Part shown: positions 1 to 11,299 of the stretch, in pieces
Numbering within the stretch: position 1 is the stretch's first letter
How the letters are laid out: each line of letters opens with the position of its first letter
NCBI GenBank assembly: GCA_032718475.1
Contig: JAUCBJ010005876.1
Location: 6,174-70,173, forward strand
Direction: 5' to 3'
Length of the DNA: 64,000 bases
Source of the DNA: Nemertoderma westbladi
Lineage: Eukaryota > Animalia > Xenacoelomorpha
Program-made: the position numbers and the translations under genes
The notes under the pieces: model-generated
What the model was told of the DNA's origin: nothing
The model's input: the letters and a program-made list of their open reading frames with translations, nothing else
Database searches by the model: none

Positions 1-2630
1 ACCCTTAACAATCAGTAGGCTATATATCACGTATTATTACTGCCATACCTTCTATATATAACAGCTACATATTAGGCGTGTCTTGCCTTCTATCACAAAT
101 AAGTATATTTGGAAAATATGCTGTGTTAGTGTTAGTGATGGTGATATGTTAATTTAGTACGCTGGTGAACGTTTTGTTCTTCTTATTTAAAACATCTATC
201 GCACTCGCATTTAATTTCTTTTTAGATTGGGAAATAAAATCACCGGCGTAACTATCATCCATGGATGCTGGAGTGATACCCGCATAGCTCCACAATTAGG
301 CTCACGACATAATTATACTGCACTACAATCAGCTGTTTACTTAAAATTTAAATTGTACTGTACTGCTGCAGGCTTAGCTTTTCAAACTGAAAGAATTCTC
401 AACGGCAACACAATGCAGTAGCCAGTAAATGGGCCAATACACAAGGCTACACGTAACGTCGTCCACCAATGCCCTACCTACAGTTAGTTAGTGCCTCACA
501 ATCAGTCTGTAAGCAGGATACAGTGTAGGCCTATTGAAATCATGGGATCCTATATCCTAATGAGTCATAAGAACGACGCAAAATTTGAAACTATCACAAA
601 ATAACAACTGGAGGCAAAAATTAATATTCCTCGCTAAATTACAGTTGGGTTTGGATATTGTATAATATTGTTAACTACAGTAGTGAGTAGGCCCTACAGT
701 ACACACTTAGTATATTGGCCGGGAATCTATTTTTAATATTGTGTGGAATTAATTTCGCACTACCAAATCGCCAGGGCGACATATTTTCCAGCTACTGTAT
801 TTATCGCAGTGCGACATTATTTCTCGAGTATGTCCCTACGCCATACATTTTACTATTTATATCCGGTATGTCACCGCGTCATTCTAAATATAATTCTTAC
901 ATGGCGTCATTCGAATACACACTAACTATTTTACAATTCTAAAACTTATGAAACTTATAAAACTTATTTTGCTCGAATGCCCTGCAAATCTCCGACCTTT
1001 GTGTTCCTGGGCAAGGTCCTAACTCTTCAAATAATTTTACAGTTTATTTATTTATTAAAGTAATTATGTTTTTTTATTGTAAATTTGAATTTGATTTAAT
1101 TTTAGTTAATGACCATATCGTCTATTTGCCAGTATTTGGCGTAATAATAATAATAAATTCTAAAACTTATAAAAATGAAATAGGTCGGAATCGAACCAGC
1201 GGTTCTTTCCATTTATAACACGACGTGTTATCCACTACACGCTAAATTAGCACGAGAATAAAGTGTGTATAATGAACATGTCAGTGGTGCTTTCACTTTA
1301 CGAGGATGTTCTAGAATATTTAAATATTAATAATTACAAATAATTCCTCACATATAAAGAAAATTAGATTGTCATTGTTCATAATTAGCACTTTAAAGCG
1401 TTTACGGCCGTTGTTTTATTATCTCTCGGGCCGTAACGCGATAAAGTGCTATTTTATGAATAATGACGTGACGTATATAGATAGTTATTACTAGAGATAT
1501 TTTTGACTTACCGATAGGCTACTTGAAACTAATTTTCAGTCCTATTATTTACTTTATGAATATTATTGTAAAATTCAGGTAAGTTTTTTATACTGAAATA
1601 AAAAAATCATTTCCAATAAAATAGCATTAGCAATAGTAAACAGGACATTCACAATACAGAAACAAAAAGGTCCGAGCGCTATTATATTGAAACAAATGTT
1701 TTAACACTTAAATGTTGTAATTGTATATAATTTACAAAGGTGAAATTGAATGAAGTTAATGTATTCTTACAGGTGGTGTCCGTACGCGATCGAGCCGTGA
1801 GCACAATGGTCCGTGGTCGAAGGAATACTGCGGGAATATATAAGAGAGAATTGCGGGAATAGAGTTACTGCTGATCCCAAAGTCCTATCCACACAGAGCC
1901 AGGGGAGCAGCCAGAATTCCTAGCAACCACTGTTATGTTCCGACTCCAACACAATCTATTGTTAGGAGAGTCCCTTGTACGGCCGGCAGAGGACGATGGT
2001 AGGTACAGTGTAATGGGGCGAGGGGGGGGGGGGGGGGGGGGGGGGTGTATTATCCTTTTATTTAAATCCCAGCTTGGTAAGAATGGAACAGGTTCCAAGG
2101 AACAGCTAACCGACCAAACGACATGTTGCGTGACAATTAATCAGGAATATTATTCTGGTCGCTCTGTAATAATGGGATACTGGCCATTGCGAAGGGATTT
2201 TATTTAACAACAATAAGATCGACATTCGACAGTGATAAAAAGTATGCAGTAGTTTTAGAGAGCAAAACATTTAAATTGTCTTTTCTCCCGTACTTTGTCT
2301 TAGAATTTTCCCGGCCTTTATTGCTGTATTACGATACCACGCCTAGTAGATTGTTAAAGTGGCCTACTAACGTTAATAGTATTAATTAAATTATTAATAT
2401 TGTGTATTTAAACTGTATTTTGAAACATGTGAGCGTTTGCACAGTGAATGAGTGCATCTATAATATGATAGCTAAAGTTCTTTGTTGTGTTGAGTATTTA
2501 ATTAGGTAGCGTAGCTGATAATTAAATAGTTGTGCTGTGGTCAATTTTGGTCATTATCCTCGATTTGGGTCAGAAAGTTCTGGGTTTGGGTTTAAAGTAC
2601 TCTGGTAGATTGTAGATTGTATTTGATATC

Positions 2631-2880
2631 TTCTATTTCCTGTGATCACCCTATTCTTACTGATAATTTCAAAATTCTCGCAACTGGCAAAGATATTCTA
2701 GAACTCAATATTAAAGAAACACTTTACATCCGTTCACAAAGCCCCTCCCTCAATGACCACACCACGTCCATTGATTTCCTTCTACAGTACTACAGAACAG
2801 ATCAGACAGCAGACTGTCTGATACGTGTTAAATATTGTGTTTTCCATTTATAGTATTTGATATCCATCCGTTAAATATTT
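2631..2880 (+). mobile_element. Penelope-like element fragment (GIY-YIG endonuclease C-terminus and 3' flank), shortest of three copies
   Basis: Translates SISCDHPILTDNFKILATGKDILELNIKETLYIRSQSPSLN; near-identical to the corresponding parts of the copies at 4074 and 9179. Confidence 0.7.
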
Positions 2881-3199
2881 GTGGCTGGTTGCGAGAAAAG
2901 GGACCTGGGGGAAAAATGTTCACTCTGAGAAAAACGCGTTTAAAGTTTTCATTGTGTTATTGGTAGTTATTGGGGTGTTTGCATTGGTTTATTGGTCGTT
3001 ATTGGGTTTTATTAGAGCGAAATTCACACTGTATTATACTATTAATAGTATACTAAGCACCATACAGTATACACTTGTTTTTTAGATTATCGTAGAATAT
3101 ATGTAGCCTATTCGGTGACTTATTGTACAAACAAGTTAATACACTAATAATTTAGAATTTATTATGGAAACTGAAGCAGAGTGGCTGAACCTATTAAAT

Positions 3200-3850
3200 A
3201 ATAGGGTTTTCTAGGTCGCTGATCACGATAAAACTTGTTAAAAATATTTTTTGGAAAAGCAACCATAATTTTTTGTGCTATTGTGGTCCCCCAGTATGAA
3301 AAGTACAAGTAAAAAAATGTCAAAATAAAAAAATTTGTGTTTGGTTTGATAATTCTGAACGTAAGTGTTTTCGAGGTCGCTGATTACGATGAAACTAGTT
3401 ATAAATATTTCTGGTAATGCAAACCCAATTTTGGTGCTATTCTAGTGCCCCAGAACGAAAATTACAAGTAGCACAAACTTACAAACTGTCAAATTATGCC
3501 TTTGGTTTGGTAATTCTGAAGCTATACTGGTTTTCAAGGTAGCTGATCACGATACAACACGTTACAAATCATTCGTGGTAACGCAACTGTAAATTTTGGT
3601 TCTTGTCTGGTGGGACGAAAATTACAAGTAGCAAACATTTCAAATTGCAAAAAGCGAATTTGGTTGGATAATACGATATTTTTGAGTGTCATATTCGTGA
3701 TCAGTGTCCCAGAAAACCCATAATGTCTAAAATTCAGGTTGATTTTGTAATGATTTTTGGTCATCAAAATTTTGCTACTTGTATTTTTCGTGCCGCACAT
3801 TGACACATATCGAATAAATTGTTTTTAATTCGTGATCAGCATTCCAAAAA
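3200..3850. repeat. Degenerate direct and inverted modules, probable DNA-transposon subterminal repeats
   Basis: GGT(C/A)GCTGAT(C/T)ACGAT recurs at ~3214, ~3375 and ~3538; inverted TTCGTGATCAG at ~3694 and ~3829. Confidence 0.45.
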
Positions 3851-3862
3851 GTGACTTGAAGT

Positions 3863-4073
3863 GACTTGGCGAGACTACCGGCACGGGAAGGCAGACAATT
3901 GGCTGTCTTGCTCTTGACTTCTCTGTAGACTTGTTCACGGCATTCGACAATACAGTACGTCATGACAGACATGACAAATGATTCGGGCGGCTTTGGCATG
4001 TCAAAATCGTGTAATGATTTATATAAATCATTGAATAGAATTTATTTAATTTCAAAAATTCAAATAAATTTAC
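3863..4073 (+). mobile_element. 3' portion of the tRNA-derived SINE seen intact at 10761-11201
   Basis: Near-identical to ~10988-11195, ending AAATAAATTTAC. Confidence 0.65.
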
Positions 4074-4440
4074 TGCTGCCCAGCCTCCTATATTGCCGTA
4101 CCATACGACACCTTGGCAAACGCATTGAGGAACACACTGGTAAAACCTACCGCACGGGTAGGTTCTCTGCCCCTAAAGATTCCGCTATTTTCGACCATTC
4201 TATTTCCTGTGATCACCCTATTCTTACTGATAATTTCAAAATTCTCGCAACTGGCAAAGATATTCTAGAACTCAATATTAAAGAAACACTTTACATCCGT
4301 TCACAAAGCCCCTCCCTCAATGACCACACCACGTCCATTGAACTACTTCTACAGTACTACAGAACAGATCAGACAGCAGACTGTCTGATACGTGTTAAAT
4401 ATTGTGTTTTCCATTTATAGTATTTGATATCCATCCGTTA
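4074..4440 (+). pseudogene. Penelope-like GIY-YIG endonuclease fragment (frameshifted at the YIG motif)
   Basis: RTIRHLGKRIEEH...SAIFDHSISCDH...FKILA...LNIKETLYI...PSLN is the typical PLE endonuclease C-terminus; one base is missing in the YIG codons relative to the 9179 copy. Confidence 0.75.
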
Positions 4441-4710
4441 AGTATTTATTGTTCGCCAGTATTTAGAAGCTTTACCAGTTCATCGCAACAATAATAATAA
4501 AGAAATAAATTTATCATAAATTGCCTACAAGTCCTCATTTACTTTCTTCTAAAATAATATGAATGATACAATTACTATAATAAGTGATATTTTCCAGTTA
4601 AATTATATGTAATAACAAGTTATTTTTCAGTAAATTCACTCTTCGACTTAGGATTACTGGTAATTGCTTGTATATAAACTTATATATAAGACACACTGGA
4701 TGCAGAATGT

Positions 4711-4898
4711 ATCGCTTCTCGGCCTTTTGGCTAAGATCATGTGTAGTATCTGTTCTTGTCAGCTTAATATCTGGCACACTGCTCACTGAGCAGTTCCAAT
4801 ATTAAACTGATTTTTGCAGTGCGGCTGTGAGTAAGGGGCTTGCTCCACTCCAGCCACGGGTTGGCCTGGTATTGCACTGCCTCCAGGTCCGGCCCACA
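4711..4898 (+). ncRNA. U2: U2 spliceosomal snRNA, copy 1
   Basis: Starts ATCGCTTCTCGGCCTTTTGGCTAAGATCA; branch-site recognition GTAGTA; stem IIa TGTCAG/CTGGCA with pairing-preserving changes; stem IIb ACTGCTC/GAGCAGT; Sm site ATTTTTG; stem-loop IV loop TATTGCACT; 3' end approximate. Confidence 0.97.
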
Positions 4899-7639
4899 CC
4901 CACCTTCGGGTGGGTGTCACAATAACTATATCAGAGGAAACTTTGCCATGGAGATGCGCCGAAGTCTTCTTGTTTTCCTGTTACACCCCCCCCCCCCCCC
5001 CCCCCCAACCCCATTCCTGTTACCCACATGTTACCAGCTAGACTTGTGTTTATTAGGAACAGATAGTTGTTTATTTAGCCCATTGATGTTTGTCTCTTAA
5101 TAAGCCAAGAGTTGTCCGTTTTTATGTCCGTTACAGTATAGTTCATGTTAGCATTGTTTGATTGTTCAATGTCAGTCAATGTTTTCTAGTCCACGTGAGT
5201 GACTCATACCGTCTTGTATATCATTTAGTTCAGCCAATATGGTATATTAATGTCGCCATTGTTACTGTTTACATAAAAATCGACATAATTTACATTATAA
5301 TTTATTATACGACATATTATAATATAATAGGAGGAAAGACCCCAGAACCCTGCTTTGTTAAATTAAATTAAATTAAATGTTAATTGTAATAGAGTAATAA
5401 TTTACTATTATTTTAAATCGACCCTTTTGCTAACGTTTTCTTTTAAGCATTACATTAGACTTTAAACATTTTTTTAAAACAATTTAAACAATCTCTGGGA
5501 CACTGTGCTCTGAATGGTGCTATATGTGAGATATACTCGAAATTGTTATTGAACAGCCAGAAATTAATAAATAAATGAGGTTGTTTTATCAGTGAGATAA
5601 TGTTCGGTAAATTTCTCCCAACTTACGGGCTCCCGGCAGCTGCCCCTGTGTGGCAACCAGGATGGTTTCACTAGCAAACCAGACGTTCTGGAGATTTAGA
5701 AATGCATTAACGTTTTAATATCTGGTTTACTTTTTTGTTTTAAATTACTTTTTTTTTAAATTATTAAATGTTTAATATAAGTCATACTGTAATTATTATA
5801 TTGCCATGTAAATTTTGAACTTTTCAACTTTTCAACTATGAATATAGAATATAGACAATTTTAACACATTTAAACCTGTAAATATACAGTATATAAGAAT
5901 CACGGATTGTTGTTAATGCCAATATTATTAGTATTACTATTAAAATACAAGGATATAGTTTCTATTTACACCTGATGACTCTCTATCAACCTTATATAAC
6001 AATCTTATAATCTTTTAATCTATGATAACAACCTTATTGGGATTTAGAAACTATAATAGAGATTGTACAGTAGAAAGTTATTCCTTAGATGGAAGCGCTC
6101 TCTACAGGCCGGTATAGGAAATTAGGAACAGAAACTCGATAATATTTCGCAAAGTAAGGTGGCGTAATCCTGGCCAGCAGAAGCAATCAACCTGCGAGAG
6201 TAATCGAAATGCCATGGTAAGACTACCTCGCTGATTCTGTGTTGGACACGTTACTCTCTACAAATCAATATAACACGTTCGTGGGGCCTTCGCGCAGCAC
6301 GAGTCCCAGTTATTAGATACAAATCAAAATTGAGCGACTGTATCACAAAATCAGGTTTTGAGAAATTTACCCACACCACCAATCAATCAAAGAAAGGGGG
6401 ACAGTACGTGTTCACCCCTTTTAATCTCCCCCCCCCCCCCCCCCCCCCCCCACCCTTCCCAACCACCAATACATAACCGCGACATCTACCACCCACGGAA
6501 GGGTAGCACGAACTTATTTCCAATCGCACTTTAAATATGCAAAGCCAGGTGGTTTATAGGAATATAATAAACGCAGTACTCGTTTTCATTATAAGCCTCT
6601 TTGCGTTCGTCCTGTTTTGTATTTAAATATATTTCTTAAACGCAGGCTAGGACGATCTTTATAATAATAACAAGCTGGCAAGCCTGGAAGGTTCACGGTC
6701 CTCCTACTTAATCAGTACAATAATAATACGTTTTCGTTCGGGTAGGCCTATGTTTCCTTTTCACTTGTTCCCATCGTAGGCGACCTCATGCTCATCCCAC
6801 CACGACCACGACCACCAGTTACGAGTTGGGTAGGCGTCTACCGGCAACCGGTAAGTAATTACGCGCCACACGACGTCATCCCGCCATCCGCCAACATTTA
6901 TACCGGTACGGTAAGCCTACCACCTACCGGCTGGCTACCATCGCACCGTAGGACTACCGCCTACGCCTACCGGTCAACCGGTAACGGTAGGCTACCGCGT
7001 ACCGGTACAGCGGTACTCAAAGTCGTACCGGTATTGTCGTAATTGACAAATGCAGGATTAAACCGTAACCCGTTCCAGTACCATATGCATCTGAACGACT
7101 GGACGGTTAATCTCATAGCATAGCTGCATAGGCCTACCGGTAGTCAGTGCGAAGTCGCCTGCGAACATGGCAAAATATTATATTTACTGCTAGGGCTAGG
7201 CTAGGACCTACTGCTGTACTGACCTATGACAGTATGAAGATAGGCAGATAGGCCTACCTGCCTACAGTGGTCAGGTAGTACCGGTCCGGTATGCCTACTA
7301 CAGGCAGACAATCAGACAGTACTAGCAGTGCTAATTAATTACCTTAATTAAATCTTCAATTAGGTCATAATGTAGGTCCAAATTTAAAAATCGGCCTCCG
7401 TTAATCGATTTAGAAATAATTCAGGTACCTCCATGCCAAATATCAGAATCATTCATTGCGTTCCCTATGACAAGATAGCTTTTTCCTAAACCATGCGAAA
7501 ACACGCAAATATAGCGCTCACATCGCACAAATACCATCTCGACACCCAATTTTTTGTATGAGCCTTCGCCATCCCTATATCTAACTTTTGTCCAAATTTT
7601 GTTTCGATTGATTAATAAATAACTGAGATATCGCTCTGG

Positions 7640-7682
7640 ACACACACACACACTAACACACACACACACACACACACACACA
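7640..7682. repeat. (CA)n microsatellite, probably inside a non-autonomous element
   Basis: Direct reading; accounts for the spurious MCVCVCV ORF. Confidence 0.85.
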
Positions 7683-9178
7683 TTACGGTAATAATGGTCA
7701 CCTATGTCAAGGACCGTGAACCAATAACTAGGGATGCGATCAATATGTGAAGCCAGGTGGTTTATATAATAATATAGTCAACGCAGTTCTCGTCTTCTTT
7801 ATATGCCTCGTTGCGCTCGTCGCTTGTCCTGTTTTGTCATAAAATATTTTTCCTAAACGCAGACTGACGATCTTTATACAGTTATAACTATGCGAAGTTT
7901 CGAAACTGTGCGAGTAACTGTTGATACATCTATGTGGAGATGTGTGATATGTGGAGATGTGTGATACAACGCCAACGCATCTTATGCCGATGTAGTAATA
8001 TGGGTATTGAAATAATATTAAATCAATGTACACTCTTAAAGCTGCAGCGAAAAAATGTAGCTAATTTCCTAGGTTACATATAAAATAATAATATTATTTT
8101 TAAGAACATTAATTTTACTACTTTGCAAAAATTCAATTAAAAAATAACCAGACCACATTGTGGAATAAACTATTTCAGAAGAACTATTTCAGCCATGCCA
8201 TGGATTGTATTTATGTTATTATATCTGTCATTTACCTGAGATAGCAATACAACACTTATAGTAGAGTCAATAGTCAATTCCTCTCTGGTTAGTCTACAGC
8301 CACAACTCCCAGCTAGCTCCACACCAGCAGAGACTTGACCAATAATCATTCCCAGCACCTGGCTGCCTTAACACACATCCTTCCATCCTACCAGCATGTT
8401 AGCCAATAAATGAGCAGTATTTAATGAGAATCAATTTTTTACACCGTTTTAATTACTTTAGATCAATTAAAGACACAATTATTAAAGCAAATCACTTGAA
8501 CTAATTAAAAACTATTATAGAATGGCGTATGTGGATTACATCTGTATAATTTTTAAGTATAATTATTTAAATCTTATACTTTAAAACAATTAATTTCCTT
8601 TAAAAGGCAGGTTGAAAATGGTGCTTTACCGTAATCAACTTAATTAACTAATTAACTGCTATTATCTTAGCTTCTCGAAGGCCACACGGAAATTCTACTT
8701 GGAAAATTTCTAAACTTTTGCCAAACAACATGTGTACCAAGTTTGGATAGATTTCATCAAAGATTGGCCGAGTTATTAACGTTTAAAATTGAACGCGACA
8801 GAACGACAGAACGACAGAACGACAGAACGACAGGTTGATTAATGGTACCACTACGCTAAGGCTCACTCACTTCGTGGCTCGCCCCACATTGCAGACATTA
8901 TAGGCCTAGCTGCTGTAAATAGACATTAAATCTTGGAATAATAATTTTAGAGGTATTCAAGTGCAATTCACGAGGCAATTCAATGCCAACCTGTTGTGTT
9001 ACCGGATGAAAATCTCTCCATGAGAATTTGAGACAAATCAGCTGGTTTCAGCCTCCAGAAAGGTAACCGACAGACATGACAAATGATTCGGGCGGCTTTG
9101 GCATGTCAAAATCGCGTAATGGTTTATATAAATCATTGAATAGAATTTATTTAATTTCAAGAATTCAAATAAATTTAC

Positions 9179-9546
9179 TGCTGCCCAGCCTCCTACATTG
9201 GCCGTACCATACGACACCTTGGCAAACGCATTGAGGAACACACTGGTAAAACCTACCGCACGGGTAGGTTCTCTGCCCCTAAAGATTCCGCTATTTTCGA
9301 CCATTCTATTTCCTGTGATCACCCTATTCTTACTGATAATTTCAAAATTCTCGCAACTGGCAAAGATATTCTAGAACTCAATATTAAAGAAACACTTTAC
9401 ATCCGTTCACAAAGCCCCTCCCTCAATGACCACACCACGTCCATTGATTTCCTTCTACAGTACTACAGAACAGATCAGACAGCAGACTGTCTGATACGTG
9501 TTAAATATTGTGTTTTCCATTTATAGTATTTGATATCCATCCGTTA
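9179..9546 (+). pseudogene. Penelope-like GIY-YIG endonuclease fragment
   Basis: Reads CCPASYIGRTIRHLGKRIEEH...SAIFDH...NIKETLYIRSQSPSLN; YIG, conserved R, E and N present; 5'-truncated. Confidence 0.8.
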
Positions 9547-9816
9547 AGTATTTATTGTTCGCCAGTATTTAGAAGCTTTATCAGATCATCGCAACAATAA
9601 TAATAAAGAAATAAGTTTATCATAAATTACCTACAAGTCCTCATTTACTTTCTTCTAAAATAATATGAATGATACAATTACTATAATAAGTGATATTTTC
9701 AAGTTAAATCATATGTAATAACAAGTTATTTTTCAGTAAATACACTCTTCGACTTAGGATTACTAGTAATTGCTTGTATATAAACTTATATATAAGACAC
9801 ACTGGATGCAGAATGT

Positions 9817-10004
9817 ATCGCTTCTCGGCCTTTTGGCTAAGATCATGTGTAGTATCTGTTCTTGTCAGCTTAATATCTGGCACACTGCTCACTGAGCAGT
9901 TCCAATATTAAACTGATTTTTGCAGTGCGGCTGTGAGTAAGGGGCTTGCTCCACTCCAGCCACGGGTTGGCCTGGTATTGCACTGCCTCCAGGTCCGGCC
10001 CACA
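9817..10004 (+). ncRNA. U2: U2 spliceosomal snRNA, copy 2
   Basis: Appears identical to copy 1 across the snRNA; 3' end approximate. Confidence 0.97.
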
Positions 10005-10544
10005 CCCACCTTCGGGTGGGTGTCACAATAACTATATCATAGGAAACTTTGCCATGGAGATGCGCCGAAGTATTCTTGTTTGTTTTCCTGTTACACAACC
10101 CCCCCCCCCCCCCCCCCCCACCCCATTCCTGTTACCCACATGTTACCAGCTAGACTTGTGTTTATTAGGAACAGATAGTTGTTTATTTAGCCCATTGATG
10201 TTTGTCTCTTAATAAGCCTAGAGTTGTCCGTTTTTATCTCCGTTACAGTATAATTCATGTTAGCATTGTTTGATTGTTCAATGTTTTCTAGTCCACGTGA
10301 GTGACTCATACCGTCTTGTATATCATTTAGTTCAGCCAATATGGTATATTAATGTCGCCATTGTTACTATTTACATAAAAATCGACATAATTTACATTAT
10401 AATTTATTATGCGACATATTATACTATAATAGGAGGAAAGACCCCAGAAGTTTTTATCTTATTATACGATTGTTACTATTAACCATTATAATGTTCTCTA
10501 ATTTCTTATTCCTAACTGTTATTTTCGTAGGACTATAATGTCTG

Positions 10545-10680
10545 TCTGTCCAGGATTTGGAAGTCCCATAGAATAAAACAGAATCTTAAGGTTCTTTTAT
10601 TTATGGCAGTAGTAGTACCAGTACACTTATATAGGAGTCCATGCTGGGCTCCAACTGCAGAGGATACTAAATCTCTGGAT
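10545..10680 (+). mobile_element. Diverged fragment of the RTE-type LINE
   Basis: TCCAGGATTTGGAAGTC...GGAGTCCATGCTGGGCT...AAATCTCTGGAT matches ~12675-12805. Confidence 0.7.
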
Positions 10681-10760
10681 TATTGATAGTAACAATGTGT
10701 TGGCAAGCTGTATTTTTCGAGGTGTTTTGCTGGCTTTGAAATTAATACTCCATATCTCTA

Positions 10761-11201
10761 GAACCTGTGGCCTAGTGGTTGTAGTCTCGGCTTCCACCTC
10801 GAGGTCCCAGGTTCGAATCCGACTCCACGCTCATGAGACCCAGTAAGGTCGAAACGCGTACGCCTCCAGAAAGGTAACGTAAAGGTAACAAGGATCTTGT
10901 GTGACAGGCATCCAAAATGGTTTTCGTTTCCTAAAGATTAGAGGCATCTTGGAGCTCATTTTGCTACTCAGAAACATCATCAGAAGGGACTTGGCGAGAC
11001 TACCTGCACGGGAAGGCAGACAATCTGTCATGCTCTTGACTTCTCTGTAGACTTGTTCACCGCATTCGACAATACAGTACGTCATGACAGACATGACAAA
11101 TGATTCGGGCGGCTTTGGCATGTCAAAATCGCGTAATGATTTATATAAATCATTGAATATAATTTATTTAATTTCAAAAATTCAAATAAATTTACATTTA
11201 C
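10761..11201 (+). mobile_element. tRNA-derived SINE
   Basis: A box TGGCCTAGTGG (10768), B box GGTTCGAATCC (10810), TCC in the anticodon-like loop, body repeated at 3863 and 9051, short (ATTTAC)2 tail. Confidence 0.7.
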
Positions 11202-11299
11202 ACGGATCAAGATAAACTATGGAACAACTGAGTTAGTTAACTGGATGATCACCAGTACATTCTGGGCAATATTTGAATTCTGATATTTAATATTATCCA

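Larger units (their letters stand above)
3964..5347 (+). repeat. Segmental duplication unit A (SINE tail + PLE fragment + U2 gene + flank)
   Basis: Colinear and near-identical to 9069-10449; shared sequence ends at GGAAAGACCCCAGAA. Confidence 0.9.
9069..10449 (+). repeat. Segmental duplication unit B
   Basis: Copy of 3964-5347 at an offset of ~5.1 kb. Confidence 0.9.

Noticed and set aside
4740-4740. U at U2 position 30 (GAUCAU rather than GAUCAA)
   Set aside because: A single change outside the GUAGUA branch-pairing sequence; no effect can be argued from sequence alone
4598-5100. Short ORFs overlapping U2 (also 9704-10212)
   Set aside because: Incidental frames across the snRNA gene
10761-10828. 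Possible functional tRNA genes (also ~1180-1240, 15076, 46278, 57887)
   Set aside because: A/B boxes are present but the stems do not form complete cloverleaves; better explained as SINE or element heads
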